DNA of 64,000 bases from Raillietiella orientalis (lineage: Eukaryota): the NCBI GenBank assembly GCA_036172245.1, contig JAYWIR010000006.1:3100001-3164000 (forward strand), given 5' to 3'. Within the stretch, counting starts at the first letter, position 1; every line of letters begins with the position of its first letter. Both the position numbers and the translations under genes were made by a program. The notes below the pieces were generated by a model. The model had not been told where the DNA came from and did no database searches. It saw only the letters and a program-made list of their open reading frames with translations. This document shows, piece by piece, positions 13,930 to 27,400 of the stretch.

Positions 13930-14550
13930 ATGGACGGGGGCATTCTTTCCTCTTTTCCGGCCACTAGGAAAGCACTCCCTTACTCAAGAGGAAGCTCTGA
14001 ATCGTGTCTGCTGGGGCTGTTGCTCCCCGAAGGCTCGGAATGCTGTCTTCAGCATCCATGCAATCATCATCTTAGTAATGAGGTTCTGATGCAAAGTGCC
14101 ACAGCGTCTGGGAGGGAGGTGTCACAGACCGACAGACCGCCTCCCGAGCCAGCAGATAACGGAATGCCTGGGCTGGAAAGTGGCTTCAGCATGGGACTCC
14201 AGCGAAAGGGAAAGTTGTTACATTATCACGGGGTCTCCAGATGCTCGAGTGGACAAGGACGCTTGGAATGTGGAGGTTGGCTCCGCACTTGCAGGAAGAG
14301 CCGAAGAGCCGATCAGATTCTCCTTGACTTTGCAATCCGATTTCACCACGTCGAAAAAGACTTCACGGGAAAGCAAATCGTAATTGGTAAAGTTAACAGA
14401 GCGCTAGAAGACGGGGCCATCAACATCCTCCGTTTCGAGGTGTCAGATGGCTCCAGCGCGACCCGTGAACCGCTCAGTCGGACTGCTCTGAGTGCTTTCG
14501 GTTTCCATAATGCTCGTGCCTGACCGCTGTCTAGTGGACTTGATAGGATG
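13930..14550 (+). mobile_element. Decayed non-LTR reverse-transcriptase fragment
   Basis: FRPL, LQHG.. and RADQILLDFAIRFHHV (resembles DxIxLDFxKAFDxV) in the expected order. Confidence 0.45.
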
Positions 14551-15404
14551 GCAAGTTCCCGTTTCGATTTTGGAGCAGTCGAAGGTCGGATGGCAGGCAG
14601 CTGTGTGTTTTTTCGGAAAGGAGGCGACTCGGAACGGCGTCGGCTGCCAGGCAGGTACAACCACCGCTTCCGCAAGCAGTGGCTCAGGACAGCGAACCCA
14701 GAAGTGATCGGCGAATCCGTGCAGGTTGTCAGCAAAGACCAGAAACGATGCGATTTCTGGCAAGGAAGCCAACACTAGGCAGAGATGCATCCGCCTCCAG
14801 ATAAGCCTTCTGCGGCTGCAGGAAAAAATGGGTCTGCGGACGCTCGAAACCACACTACAGCGCACGTCACGAAATCTGGAACATCGGGACCGGCTCGGTG
14901 AAGAAGACAAGAGAGAGTGCATCTGCATGAGAGAAAGTTGATTGGGAGGCGCTAAAAAAAAAAAAAAAAAATACTCATGCGTCCATGTCAAATGACCACG
15001 GTTGCTAGTAAAAAATGGTAGCAGTGGAAGTCACGAAAACAAGAAGGAAAACAAGGAAGTGTCTTCTGAGTTATTCTGCAGGAATTGTTTGCGTGTGTTT
15101 CGAGTTCCCCTGAAGCATCGTCGGCTCGTGGCCATCATGAGTTGAGATTCGAGTTTCCTTCTTTTGCTAAATTCACTCATCGTGAAAGCTCATCCGTCTT
15201 GCCAGCCCATTCACCCCCATCCTCTTGAGGCTTCCATCGTGCTGCTCGCTAGCAGTAGCGAGGGCGTGGCATTTGAAGAACCTTCGAGTGCGTTGGGGCA
15301 CGGAGGGGGCTCCAGCGCGACCCGTGAACCGCGCAGTCGGACTACTCTGAGTGCTTTCGGTTTCCATGATGCTCGTGCCTGACCGCTGTCAGTGGGCTTG
15401 ATAG
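14449..15404 (+). repeat. About 97-bp direct repeat pair (14449-14546 and 15308-15404)
   Basis: ggctccagcgcgacccgtgaaccgc.cagtcggact.ctctgagtgctttcggtttccat.atgctcgtgcctgaccgctgtc(t)agtgg.cttgatag; about 5 differences. Confidence 0.95.
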
Positions 15405-17559
15405 CACCTGGGAGCATTCGAAGGTTGCATTTCCTTTTAGCTGGGAGTCGAGCTCGCTTCGCGCCCGGACTGGATGGACTGCCTCGAGGGGGGGGGGGGC
15501 AGTCCTTCACGGGGAAGCTTGGAAGGGAATTCGAGCGGCGAGGTCGCTAAGGCAGGCGGGGTTTGTGCTCCCCTCCTGACACGCTGCCTCACACTGAAGC
15601 AAGTGAGTGCCCAAAGGGAATAAACCCGATGCGACTAAATTAGAGATGGATAAACAGTGATCTGTGGCATTTTTTTTTGTTAGTTACGAAAAAAGAATAT
15701 TAGCCGGTAAACATGCTCCCCTGTGATGCAAACCGCTGCCACACTTTGCCCTTGCGTCTCGCTCTGCCCTCCGTACGAGCAGTCTTCGACGGTATAAACC
15801 CTTAAGACCGGAGACGGTGACAAGAACGGCCCACTTTCTTTTACTTGTCAGATGTCGGAAGCCACCCATTATTCCAAGCTCTGCACTTTGTCTTCGGTTC
15901 TGTAACGGTCCAACGGTATCGAGCGAAATAATTTATCGTTCGCGGAATGTCTGACACGGGCCGCGCCCTGCGATGGAGTTGCGGAAAGAGGCTCGGAGCG
16001 TTTCCCTCTCAGAACGCGTCCGCCCATGAGGAATGCACCGCCTCACGGTGAGCGGGATGTCCACGTCCAAAAAATTAGCAGCCTCTCTTCTGGCGTCGGC
16101 GGAGAGCACTCTCCATGCCGCGTTTCGGCTACCCCCGTGACATGTCAGACAGAACGCTGATCTCGAAACTGGACGTCCGGCTTTCCTGGGGTTCGCCACC
16201 GAGCACGGATCGCCCCGCCGAAAGTTCCGTTGGACGCTCTCCTGTGAGTTGTCTGTGTAGCAGCAACGTGAACCCCTTGCGACACTACCCAGCCACCTGC
16301 TCCCACTTTTCATCGTGATGGGAAAGCCTTCGCTAAACAAACCACATCGCATGCAGTCAAGCGAGCTTGTCGACACAGCATCGAATATAAATGACCTACA
16401 TAAAGAATTCGTGTTGCGATGCTTTGCTAAGATACGATGCCGGGAGTGAAATGGGGCTGCTGATGTTTTTCGGCGAAGAGATTCAGTTTTCATTGCCATT
16501 GCCACGTTTCCTTCTCACAGGGTTCTCTTCTCGCAGAATACACGTGGTGCCAGCGCATCGCAACGCGTGCTACCGCGACACAGATACACCGGAATAAAAT
16601 GAGGTAGACAATAAAAAAAAAAAAGGCATTAAAAAAGTTAATTAAGAAAAACAAAAGTACCGCAGAACAACGTAAAGAACAGAAGAACACACTCGTCATA
16701 CGCTAGAATATTCCAAGGCAACCTAGGAAACATGCAAGAAACATGCAGAACTGACCGAAAGAGAACAAGGTGGACATGTAATGCATGCAAGTGATGCCAA
16801 CCTTTCTAAGGAGAGCACGACTTGAAACACGCTGTGAAATTCTTAGACAACAAAATGCGAAAGCATTTCCAGAAGCCACAGAAGCTGTGGTCAAGGTGAT
16901 TCAGAAAAGCCAGGTCATATAGCGAACATCGTTTCTGCATCGTCTTCAGCGGAAGACTCCTCATCAGCAAAAGAGAGGTGTGATACAGCGACGAACACGA
17001 CTTGAGGACATGTGGATTGGAGTCTCCAAAAGATTTGTGTGCTCCAGGCTCGCGAAAGATCCGGACGCAAAAGAAGATGGACGCAAAGTGCATGAGGTTG
17101 GGGGTGCACATGTTCGTCCTTTCTACCTGTAGACTACGGCAAGAAGCAAACTGATTTTTTTTTGGCTGTCGCCCGGTTAGTCCGCGCCATCCCGAGGTTG
17201 CTGAGCAGGCGCACATGTGGCACAGCATGCTGGAGACTCCAACATGTCGGAGCCTATTTCTTGAATAACGTCATTAGGCCAGCCGCCATTCGCGACGCCG
17301 TGCCGCAGTGTGTAATCTGTTGCCGGAAAAGAGCGAGCACTCTTTGATGCTGTAGCGAGCTCAGTGACAGCGGCGACCATTAGGAGTCTTCGTGTGGAAA
17401 ACCGGAAGCCAATTTCTTAATGCCAGGGTGGCTTCGATTTCTCTGCAAGCTTTGCAATCACTGTCCTTGAGGGTCCCAACAACTGCTGCAAGTACTCTTG
17501 CATGGTCTGGCACAACTACAATTTAATCGTTCCGAGGGCAGTCTAGACGTATCTGACGC

Positions 17560-19700
17560 CTACTTCCTTGGAGGGAATCCAATTGGGTCAGCTAGCAGGA
17601 CCTTCTTTGTTTTCCTGCAGGAGATGGACATCCTGCTTTGAAGTGCTTCTAAACGCGCGAACCACTTCTGACCCCTCAAGGAAGACACCTTCGGAAGCAG
17701 GAAGGTCGGGATATCTCTTTCCTGATCCTGCCTTCGGGATTCTACTTGAATGCATAGTTCCGGAAGTCCTTGCGCATGGCAATGGCGACCTCGTATGTGT
17801 CTCTTGTATGGATCTGGAAGTTCCTGGGACGAATGCAGCTGTGGCACTCGCCTGTCCAGAGCAGCACCACCATGCGGAGAATCCCAAACGCATGTGCAAA
17901 CTCGCTCATGCGAATCTGCGCGTGGGTCTTTTCGGCAGCCGAAAATCTCCTGCGGGCACAAAATTTCCGCGGCTGCCACCCGCGAAAGAATCCAAAATAT
18001 TCGACGACTTCGCTCTACCGCATGTCCACGTCCTGCTGCTGCTGCTCCGCATGTCCACCCCGGCGTCTACACTTGAGAGTACTCCTTCGAGTTGCTCAGC
18101 CGCAGGACCGGGCTTGAGGTGAACAGGGCGAAGTCGTCATTGGTGCCGGTCGGTGCGGCGTGGGCAAGACGACCGGACTGGATCCTCTTGGGGACCCACA
18201 CGGGCGGATAATTGGAGAACCATGGCGTTCCGTTTGGCGTCCGACCGTCTCCAAGAAGTAGAGATGGAGCTCGGCCCGTTCCAGAACGGAAAGTTCTACT
18301 TGCAGGATCGAGCCGCAGTGTCGAACGCGTTCGAGGCCCCCCTCCTTCGCCCCCTACTTTTTGTTTGCTCCGCTCCACCCTAGATCAAAAAACGGACTGA
18401 GGACCTCCTTAGGAAAGCTTTGTGGGGCACTGGGAGGTCCTGAGTAATGTTGATAGACTTGTGTGCTCCGCATAAGGACGGCGGACTGGGCCTCCTTACG
18501 TTGGAGCGGATGGAGCTTCAGCTCCAGATCAGGAGACTCGGCCTCACGGCGAGACTTTGGACTACGCCTTGGTGAGCGCCTGTACGCCTCCTCATCAGAA
18601 GAGCAGCTGGCTGCGATGGACTTTCTTCGGTCCGGTCCTCGTAGCCAACGACACCAGTCTTGGACAGTGTAGCCTACAACTGCGACAGATGGCTGCCCTG
18701 GTGCAGGAAAACACCTGGACTCCCTGCTTCCACGCGAACTGCACTACCTGGCTTCATGAGTCAATTTCCTCATAAGGAAGGATCCACGGCTCGAGCGAGG
18801 CGGAGTAGGTCTGCCTCCGAAGAGGGAGGCACGCTCGAAGGCCCCTGTAGAAGATCGTGCAGAACTCACGGAAACTGCTGTGGATCTCTTTCACCCCCCT
18901 TTGTCCCAGTGCTACCAACACTCGAAAACGTTAGGGACAGAGTCCTCCAGGCAAGATGGGAAGTAACCTGTCTCGTTCAAGGCAGATAAGAACTGGTACA
19001 CGCGTCGACAACTCGGCAGCTAGCGGACGATGCGACCATGAGTGTCCCGCCAAAAGGACTGCTACTCTGAGGGGAGCTGCTCGCGATACCTCCGGAGAGG
19101 GTGAGATGGCTCCCGGCGTGTTGGGACGGTGGCATAAGGTGGCGTTGCTAGTGGTGCATTGGGGAATCCCACGCAAAGCACGTTTCCATCATTGAACACG
19201 AGGGAGGGTGGGCGTCAGAGTTGCGGCGAGAAGGAGACTTTGCTGCACCTTCTTCTGGACTGTGCCACCCTCCGACCCTTCAGGGGTCGTCTATCGACGA
19301 TCCTGAAAATCCCAGAAGGCAGCCCCAGGAGCATTTTTAAGCGCCTCCTTGTTCGTTACGATCTGCAGATAGTCGCGTCGCTAGCAGTTCTCTGCTGCAT
19401 TCGCTGAATCGTGGCGGCCTGGAGAGCGAAAAGAAGAGGCCAGAATGACAGGGATCTCATCCACTGGACATAGATCTTTTTGAAGATCACATCCAGATGG
19501 TCTCAGCTGGAGCAGTCTGAGAACGCAACTTGTTAGCATCCTGGACAGGATACAGAGGACGTCTCCAGGAGAACAGTGATCCCTTTCCCTCATGCTCCTT
19601 TCCAAGAAACATCTCCCTCCGCTTTTTTCACTTTTTGCTTCTTTTTTTTTGTGGTCTTCCCTCCTCTTCTTCACGGAAACGGACTTCGCCGGTCACCAGA
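17560..19700 (+). mobile_element. Decayed L1/Tx1-type LINE, RT C-terminal half to 3' UTR
   Basis: GIQLGQLAGPSLF (QG motif region); NWRTM...QDRAAVSNAF; LRKALWGTG...LCAPHKDGGLGL (xLW...P..GGLG motif); LLVVHWGIP...CGEKETLLHLLLDCATLRPF (zf-RVT); T-rich 3' UTR. Confidence 0.85.
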
Positions 19701-19849
19701 CCCAGACTTCCGCGCGCACAGGGACTCCTCCACTCCGTCCATGGGATTGGGTCCTTCCTTTGGAAAGAGCATCATTACCCATTCTTCACCGAGAGGAAAA
19801 AGTGCTATTATAGGATGCGCCACGACTTTCCGGAAGTACGGCCACTCTG

Positions 19850-20640
19850 AACCACTTTGGGGATACGCGGGGTTCGCTCGATGAAAACGTAAGCCCTCGC
19901 AACCAAGTTTGTGGGTCCAATTAGTGGGCTCTTGCTCGGGGAGCGAGGGTCTTGGGTCTCTTCTTGGTCGCGTCCGCTTCGTTCGAGGAGCAAGCGGGCG
20001 TGGATGCCAGAATGGACCAGCCAGCTACCCACGTGGTCCGCTCGTTTGGGAAACGCGCGTGGGGCAGGAAGGCGTCTTCGGTGAAGCTGCGGGCTTCGAG
20101 CAGAACGGGAACATCCATGAAGCTCGCGTCGTCTGCGCGAACTTCAGAACTTCAGCATGGGGGGAGGTTGAAGAGCCCAAGGCGAACAGGCGCGAGACTC
20201 TCCGATACTGAAGAACAGGGAAGGCTCCTTATGGCCCATCAGATGGAGGATAGCCTGGCTACCGGCAGAGATGTCCTTGGGGAGCTGAGAGGCCCAGCGT
20301 GGTCGTAGTGGACCTACAAAGAAAGCGTCCAGAGCAAAAGGACTGAGGCGTTGGGGCAGACCTTTCAGATTCTGTCTGAAAGTCCCATGGAAGCCCCTCC
20401 CATTTTTCAAGAAGCTTCCTGGATGCCCTGGAACTCTCGCTAACTTCGACTACGGGCTGAGCCGCACCTGAAAGCGACCTCCTAACGTCACATCTTGCAG
20501 GAAAGAGCGAACTCCCGACGGAAAAAAGCGCGGGTGCGAAGAAAAGCTTCTGACATCTTTTGATCGAACACCAGGAACTGCAACACGAATGGAGACAGAT
20601 GGAACGCAGACTCTCCCTTCCGGATCTGACCCGTATTGGA
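19850..20640 (-). mobile_element. Decayed LINE RT fragment
   Basis: NGRGFHGTFRQNLKGLPQRLSPFALDAF resembles NG..S..F...GxRQGCPLSPxLF. Confidence 0.45.
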
Positions 20641-20699
20641 TAGTTATTGAGTTGCTTTTTCCTCCCCCCCTTTCCGATGAAATGGACTATTCCCGTAGC

Positions 20700-21318
20700 C
20701 ATACGGTCGTTAGCGCGGGAGTGCAGCTGCGGTCTCGGCCCCGTGGCGCCAAGCGTTGCAGGTTCGAATCTCCACATGGAGGACCGACTCCGAGAATGGG
20801 GGTGCATAGTGGGTTTCGAGTATCCCCGCAGGATGACGCTGGTTGGCCTGTTGGCTCCTCATGCGGTACTGGTGGAGGATGAAAGCCCCTGGATGCCCCC
20901 GTTGACTGGCAGAGATTGGAAGTTGACTTTCCGGGGTCCTTCCAGGAACCAAAGAATCCTTTGGAGTTCCCTTCCGGTTGCACGTCCTCGAGGGAGACCC
21001 TCCATCTTGCACCATGGAGCTGGTATATCAAGAATACCTCCCCGGATTATCCAAGAAGCTCGCTGTTCCCTTCGGGGAGTTACCCTCAAGAGGAATTGGG
21101 GAGCGTCCCTTCGTCCTCTTCAGAGGAGGAAACCAGGAGCGGATCCTTTCAGCAGGGTCCCTCCGGGGAGAATGAGGGAGAGTTTCTCTTCGGGATTCCC
21201 TCCGGAGACAACCAAGGAGAGGGTTCCCTTCGATGTTCCTTCCCAAGCACAAGAGGAACGGGCTCCTTCCTCCGGAGCCTTCCTGGATTCATAAGGGTCA
21301 CCCTTCCGGGGTCGTCTC
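20700..21318 (+). mobile_element. tRNA-headed SINE-like element, copy A
   Basis: B-box-like GGTTCGAATC at 20761-20770; core gagattggaagttgactttccggggt identical to copy B; shared 3' block ccaagcacaagaggaacgg..tccttcctccggagcctt..tggattcata. Confidence 0.8.
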
Positions 21319-23644
21319 CTAGCTGGAAGAGTTACACGCGCCCTCGGATGACATAGACAACGTAGAAGAGCTTCGTGAGCCACCCACCTCACCCTCCAAG
21401 GAGGCCGGCGGTTCTTTAGCATCCCTTGCAAACCAAAAAAAAAAGAAAATCTCAAAAGAAAGGAAGGAAAAGCACGGATTATTCAAGGCGAGGTCCGTCA
21501 GCCATGGTCCGCTTCTCTCGTGTCAATGTGGTGACCAAGCGCTCCCTAGAACATCACCACCATCCGCGCAAGGACACACCGTACCCCCTCCCCTCCCCCC
21601 GGACATCCAATGGTGCGGTTCTCCGAGCGACCCACAGATGGAAATTTCTGGAGATGAAGGATTGTAAAAAGATCGGGACAGCCCCACCAGGCAGACTGGA
21701 AGGCTCCCGAGACCCCCTCCCCCCGTTTGAGGTCCCTGATCTGCTGCACTGAACTCGTACTTGCAAGCAGACGTCCCGGCGCTGTTGCTGGCAAAAAGCG
21801 AAGCCCTTCGAGCTAGCGGGGAGCCTGCGAACGCGCGAAAATTCCCTTCCATCCCTGGAGCTCTGTGGTAGGTCTGTGCGCCCGGTGTAGCCGACCTAAG
21901 ACTAAGGCTAAGGTTCAGGACTCGCGCTGCATCCTCCGAAAACCAGGAGGTGGCTGTCCTTCCGGAAAAGTTTCCGAGTCCCGTTGGCTTCTCCTGGCCC
22001 TCCCGACCCCTGTTGTCTGACGTCAGTCTGGACAATTCCGGCGCGGGTGCTGGTAGTTGCGTCAGCAGCCTCCTCACCCCCGACTACCCACTTATTACGA
22101 GCTCTCGGCGACCTCTCGTCGAAGCGAACCGGTTGACGACTCTGCTGGGCATCAGCTCCGGTCTGGAGCAGGTGACCCCTGACCGCTAGACTCCCCCTTC
22201 CAAGCAGAATGAAGCAGACCTTTTTAAATAAAAGGTCAAACGGTGGATTTTCAAGCAGTCAGCAATCGGCTAGGTTTCTTTCCCCCCCCCCCCCTTCCTC
22301 ACAACGAAGCGATCGCCGGACATGGGTCCTCGGATGAAACCCCTGGCTGTTTGGAAACCAGGAAGCAGGGAAGGTGGCTTCGTTTCCGCGCTGCACCCTT
22401 CTTCCCTTCGTGCCCTTTACCCCCCGGCAGGTGGACAGCAGGCCGCGATCAGCTGCAAAGGTTCCTCTTCGTTGCACGTGGCGCATCCGTCTTGGCCATA
22501 GTGGGCGGTACACCTCGAGCTGCTCGCCGCTCTTCTTCTTCTTCTTCCTTTTCTTCTATTTCTTCTTAAGAGAACCCGTGTGCTTCTCCTTCTTTTTTAG
22601 CTCCAGCAGCTTCAGGGCGAACTTGCAGAACTTGAGGTGCTCCGCCCTCTTTCCCTGTAGGGGCGGATCTGCAGCTGGTCCGTCAGGCAGGACGGCAGCC
22701 TCTCGACGACCTGCCGCATCGCCTCGCACCGCTCCAGGCCCACCAGCGTGCCCAGTGTCCGCGACCGGCGTCTTCACCGGCAGCAGCTTCAGCAGCACCG
22801 CCACGGTCCCGACGCTAGAGCGCAAGAGGTTCGCGACTTTCTTCTCCTTACGTGAGAGGAGCCCTAGGTCGTCTGTAGCTGGTCGCATCTGCCAGCTTCC
22901 GGAGCGCCTTCAGAACGGAGGAGGATTGTAACTATGGCCGCTGGGGGAAAGGGGCAGGCCAAACTCCTCGTCACCACTCCCGCACTCTGCTGTCCCTAGG
23001 CAGGAAGGCGATGGAAGGAAAAGGCGCCTGCGGAGACGAGGAAGGAGACGAAGAGACGGAAGCTCCGGGAGCACCGTGGTCCCAGGTGGCATCTCGTCGT
23101 CCGCTCCGTCAGGGAGGAACCGACTGACCGCATCCCCGCTCCGCTGCAAGAGTCAGGAGCTCTGGAACCGATGGGGCGGTTCTTGTTCATCGGGATGGAT
23201 GATTCATGATGGCGGCTGCTCCGCAAGCGCGAGCCTCACGCTCCTGCGAGCATCTCTTCGTGGACCGGAAATTGCTGGACTCGAGCTGCAGAATCGCCAG
23301 GGCCAATGAAAAGCGCCTGGAGAGTTCGGGCAGCACCTCGACACACCCTCTTCAGCTGTGGCCACTCAGTGGATCTGTCATTCCGGATCGACCTGGTCAC
23401 CGTTCATGCAGTAGAGGAGTGACGTGAGCAGGCCCGAAACCAAAGGGAGTACCTTCGGTGGGAGCAGAACTAGGAAGGAGTGGGGGAAGGCCCGTAAACA
23501 GGAAGGAAGGGGAGGAATGGACTGGCTCCACCGTGCGGAATGTGATGCCCGAGACATAGGGGGGCAGGGGCAGTGGGCACCATGGAAGGGGAATCGACTA
23601 CCAACTCGTAGGCCGCCTACAAAGAAGCACGATGAAGGTTAGGG

Positions 23645-23890
23645 AAAGAGTGAATAAATATGGAGGAGGAATAAGTAAATAAACAAGGACAAGAAGATGA
23701 ATAAACAAAGTGAATCAGTGAATAAATACTGAAAAATAAATAATAGTAATAAGGGAATAAATGGGGAAGATACGGTGAATAAATAAGGAGAATAAATTAA
23801 TAAATAGGGGAGAAGGATAAAATGAATAAATAAGAGGAAAATGAATGAACAAGGAGAATAAATAAGGAGAATAAATGAATAAATAAATGA
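23645..23890. repeat. Degenerate (GAATAAAT/AATA)n simple repeat
   Basis: Repeated gaataaat units, sharply bounded inside GC-rich DNA. Confidence 0.9.
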
Positions 23891-26400
23891 GGGATCGCCG
23901 GCCACATCCTGCAGGTCCTCTGCAGCTGGCTGCGATGCAGACGGCGTCCCCGCTGGCTCGTCTGGGGAGACGAGGCCCTTCCGCCGTGGCCCTCGTCGAT
24001 GAAGAGGCGAGGCGCACGACCCTCGGCCCGTGCTGACGTGAGCGCGGGAGCCCCCGACCCGGGACGGGATCGGGCGACCGGGGAGACAGTCGCGAAGCAG
24101 GCCTCGGGGAGTCCTCACGGTGGAGCGCGGCAACCGCGAAACGTCCCCGACGGGCACCGAAGGGAGCCACTGTCCGGAAGCAGGTGCGCGACCGACTCCC
24201 CCCCTCGCCCGGGGAGGTCGGCGCCGGGTGAGCGGGGTGGATGTCGACCTCTGAGACTGCAATGTGCAGAAGTCCCTCCAGGCGGAGTGATCCTTGGGTG
24301 CAGGCCCTTCAGCGGGCGTCTCCACGCGGGCCACTGTCTGCGGAGTTTCGGCTCTGCCGTCGCGCATCCCGAAACCTCCCACCCTGCCGGTGGGCAGCGG
24401 GAGTTCCTCCCCTGCAGGGAGGGCATCTCTGCGGCAAATCATTGGGCAGTGCCACTGGTCAGCAGCAATCTTTTCGAAGAAAAGATTGCCGCTGACCCTT
24501 GATGGGGCGACAGCAGCTCCCTCCGCGAAGGACGGACTCCTCTAGAGGCGATTTCCTCTGTCACCGGATGACACGCGACGACAGCTGCTGAGAAAGACGT
24601 CCTCGCGCAGCCCGAGTCCGACATCCTCCGGACCCACAGTCTGGGGTCGCACCCGCGGAGCAGAGTCAGCGCAGAGACTTCACGTCCGTCGCGCCATGGC
24701 TGGCGGAGATTCCAGGCGGCTACGTCATCTGCAGAAGGCGATGACGGAGGAGCTCCGACGTGCCTGCAGCCACACGCGGAGGCTGCGTGGAATTCCCTGG
24801 ATTCCTTCTCCCACGCAATCAGGAGATCGTTCCCGCACCTATTTCACCCCCTCTTTTTGCGCGCGCGCCTGGCCCTAGAGGTGGGTGGGAGAATCCCGCC
24901 CCAACTGCTTGTGCAAGAAGGACGTTCGCTTGCGGACGAGCAGCCGGGCGCAACCGCTCGGCAAAGTCGTCAGCAAAGGCGAGAAGGACGGGAAGCGGAA
25001 GGAAGGTCGCCGAAGAAGGAGCGAAGCCGCAGGGAATAATCCGAGTGGAAGAAAAGAGGGATTGTGGAAGTGCAGGGCGGAAGAGGTGGGCCCGTCCCCC
25101 AGAGGACAGCGTCGGAGAGCGGGTGACGACCTTCTTCTGCGGAAGCCAATAAGGTGAACGTGCGGAGGAAGCGAGGGGGGGCTCCCGAGAGATTTGTTCA
25201 GGCGGGTTTCTTCGAGAAGACACGAGGAACGGTCGCACGGCGGTGACCCCGGACGGCGAAAGAAAGGAGCCAGCGGCTGCTCCCCCCCCCTTCCCCAGCC
25301 CATGGCCCGCACGAGCAACGCCGGCCGCGGCCCTTAGCTACCTGGGAATGCGGCATTCGAATCTCGGGAATTCTAACTTCAAACAACGCTTTGCGGTGCC
25401 TGGAAACGCGGCGTCTCCCACGCGACGGAAACCTCGGGCTCGGGTGGGACGGCGCGCGAATTCGTTGGGCTCGCACGGAGAGGGGCCACTCCCGGACCCG
25501 GAAGTGCTGGTGCCGCTGCTCGTGTCTCGGACACTCGAGGAGAAAAAATTCCCGACGGCCTGATTCCTTCAGAACGGGAGTTGGAGTTCCCTGATGGGGT
25601 CACGTGATCAGAACATGCCAAGGTTTTCCGGTGGCAGCTTCCCTCCCCTCCTCCCCCCGACCGCGCACGTGAGTGCGAGCGGCGTAGAAGCGGCGCGGAC
25701 CGCTTGCGTGTCGGAAGTGTTATGCGTGGGAGGAGCTACCCGTCCCCGAGCGCTGCGTGAGAAATTCCGCTCCAGGAGGTGCAGCCATCCGGTTAACCGG
25801 ATCGGGAAGCAACGGAGGGGCCAGTGGGAACGGGCCGGCACCTGCGACCAGCCGATGCTCAAGACGGGGACTGACCGGATCCTCGGGCGGCCGAACGTGG
25901 TGCTCCAGATGCCACCTGCTCGACGGTGTCGAGCGCTGGGCAGCAGCGCCGAAGGAGCGCAGAAGAGGAAGGAGGTCAAATTCAGAGTGGTGTCTGTGGT
26001 CTTCGCCGTGATAGGGACAGCCCGGGACTTGATGAGCCGGGTCATGCGTTGGGCGCGCCTTCCGGGCCAGGTGGGGAGGCCAGCAGCGCCCGCGATGGTC
26101 GGGGACTTGGGGAGTGAGGGAGAATAAGGGGCTTTCCGCCCCTAGAATTCTCATGGCACCCCACGCTGAACACGCCCTCCGGGCTGAACGTGAAAATCTC
26201 CCGAGCAAGCGGCCAGGTGGCGGAGCGCGCCGCCGCAGGCGATCGTGACGAAAACAGCCGCTGCCGGTGGAGTTTGCCTGGTAGCGGCCCGTCCCGAGTG
26301 GGGGAAGGGGGACGGGAATTCTCCTGCGAGCGCCGCCCCCTGGTGATGAGCTCCCTTCCGGGCAAACCGGTGCCTTGTGGAAGTTCCCATCGTCGGGAGG
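23890..26400 (-). mobile_element. Decayed L1/Tx1-type LINE ORF2 (endonuclease to mid-RT)
   Basis: In order on the minus strand: TRLIKS...LNLTSFLFCAP (resembles GRxI...NIYAP), LRGRRNPG (resembles GKxPG), FAAEMPSLQGRNSRCPPAG (resembles LPxLIxxEQxCxxPG), RRGPRRKGLVSP (resembles RGVRQGCPLSP). All highly diverged. Confidence 0.55.
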
Positions 26401-26599
26401 AGGGAAGGGGGGCGAAGCGAAAGCGACCGGTGAGCGTCGTCACCGTCTCGCGAGTGCACGAAGAGCACGTTCCAGTTTGCGGCAGAGGGGGAGAGGAAGG
26501 CGGAGCACGTGAGTCTCCCTTGGAAACGGAACCTGCCATTTTCCAGCTGGCTGCAAATGAATTACCGCACTCACGAGGGCCGTGAAGAAAGTGCAAGAC

Positions 26600-27400
26600 C
26601 ACGCCCTGAACCTCCGAAGTAGTGCAGGCGAAATTCCCTATTCGTGGAGGCTTTCCCCACCCTGCCTTGGCGAGGGTCGGGGCGGGGTGCTGTGCGCCAG
26701 CACGGCTGCGGACGTGCTGATTGAGAAGGAAGGGAGGAGGGGTCTTTCAGCTGGGTGCATGGAGAAGAGCAAATCTTCGGTGACCAGGGAATCTCTTGCT
26801 TCGTTCCACGATGCTCTTCTTCATCTTCTTCTTCCGGCTGTACCGGTTGCCGCTGGGAAAGTTCGCCCTTGCGTGTTTTTCGTAAAGAGCCTGTCCTTTT
26901 TGTGACCCGCCACGGGTGAAGTTCCCATCGCGCAGAAGTAGCGAAGTTTTCAGCGGTGGACCCAGTGACCCGATTCGCTCCTGGGCATGGATGACTTTCA
27001 TGGACCGCCTTCCGCCTGTACGTGACGCGGGGATAATAAATCAAGCAACGGGATGCTCGCAATTCGGGCGCTAATTGGTCACTACTCGCGCTTCCTGTTG
27101 ACGAACCGGGCTCCTGGGGAGGGTTCCCAGCAGATCTCGGCTTTCCCCACCCTGCCTGCCTTGGCGAGGGCTGAGGTGGGGCAGGGAGCGCCAGCATGGC
27201 TGCGGACGCGCTAAAGATCTCAAGGAAGCAGGCGCAAGGATGGTGGAAGACGACAGCGAGGAAAAGACGCAAGGCGCGTCGTGCACCACCGGGACCCAAC
27301 GCGCGCCAGCTCGGTGATGCAGAAATGACCTCAAATCGTGACCTCGCACTGCGGCTACCGTGGCTTCCGAGGGACAACACGAGAGAGGGGGGGGGGGGGG
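26600..27400 (-). mobile_element. Possible LINE ORF1 remnant containing a segment duplicated 490 bp apart
   Basis: ggctttccccaccctgcc..ttggcgaggg...gcgccagca.ggctgcggacg at 26649 and 27139. Confidence 0.4.

Noticed and set aside
16700..17300. Stop-interrupted reading frame, possible retroelement or viral remnant
   Set aside because: No diagnostic motif was recognised.
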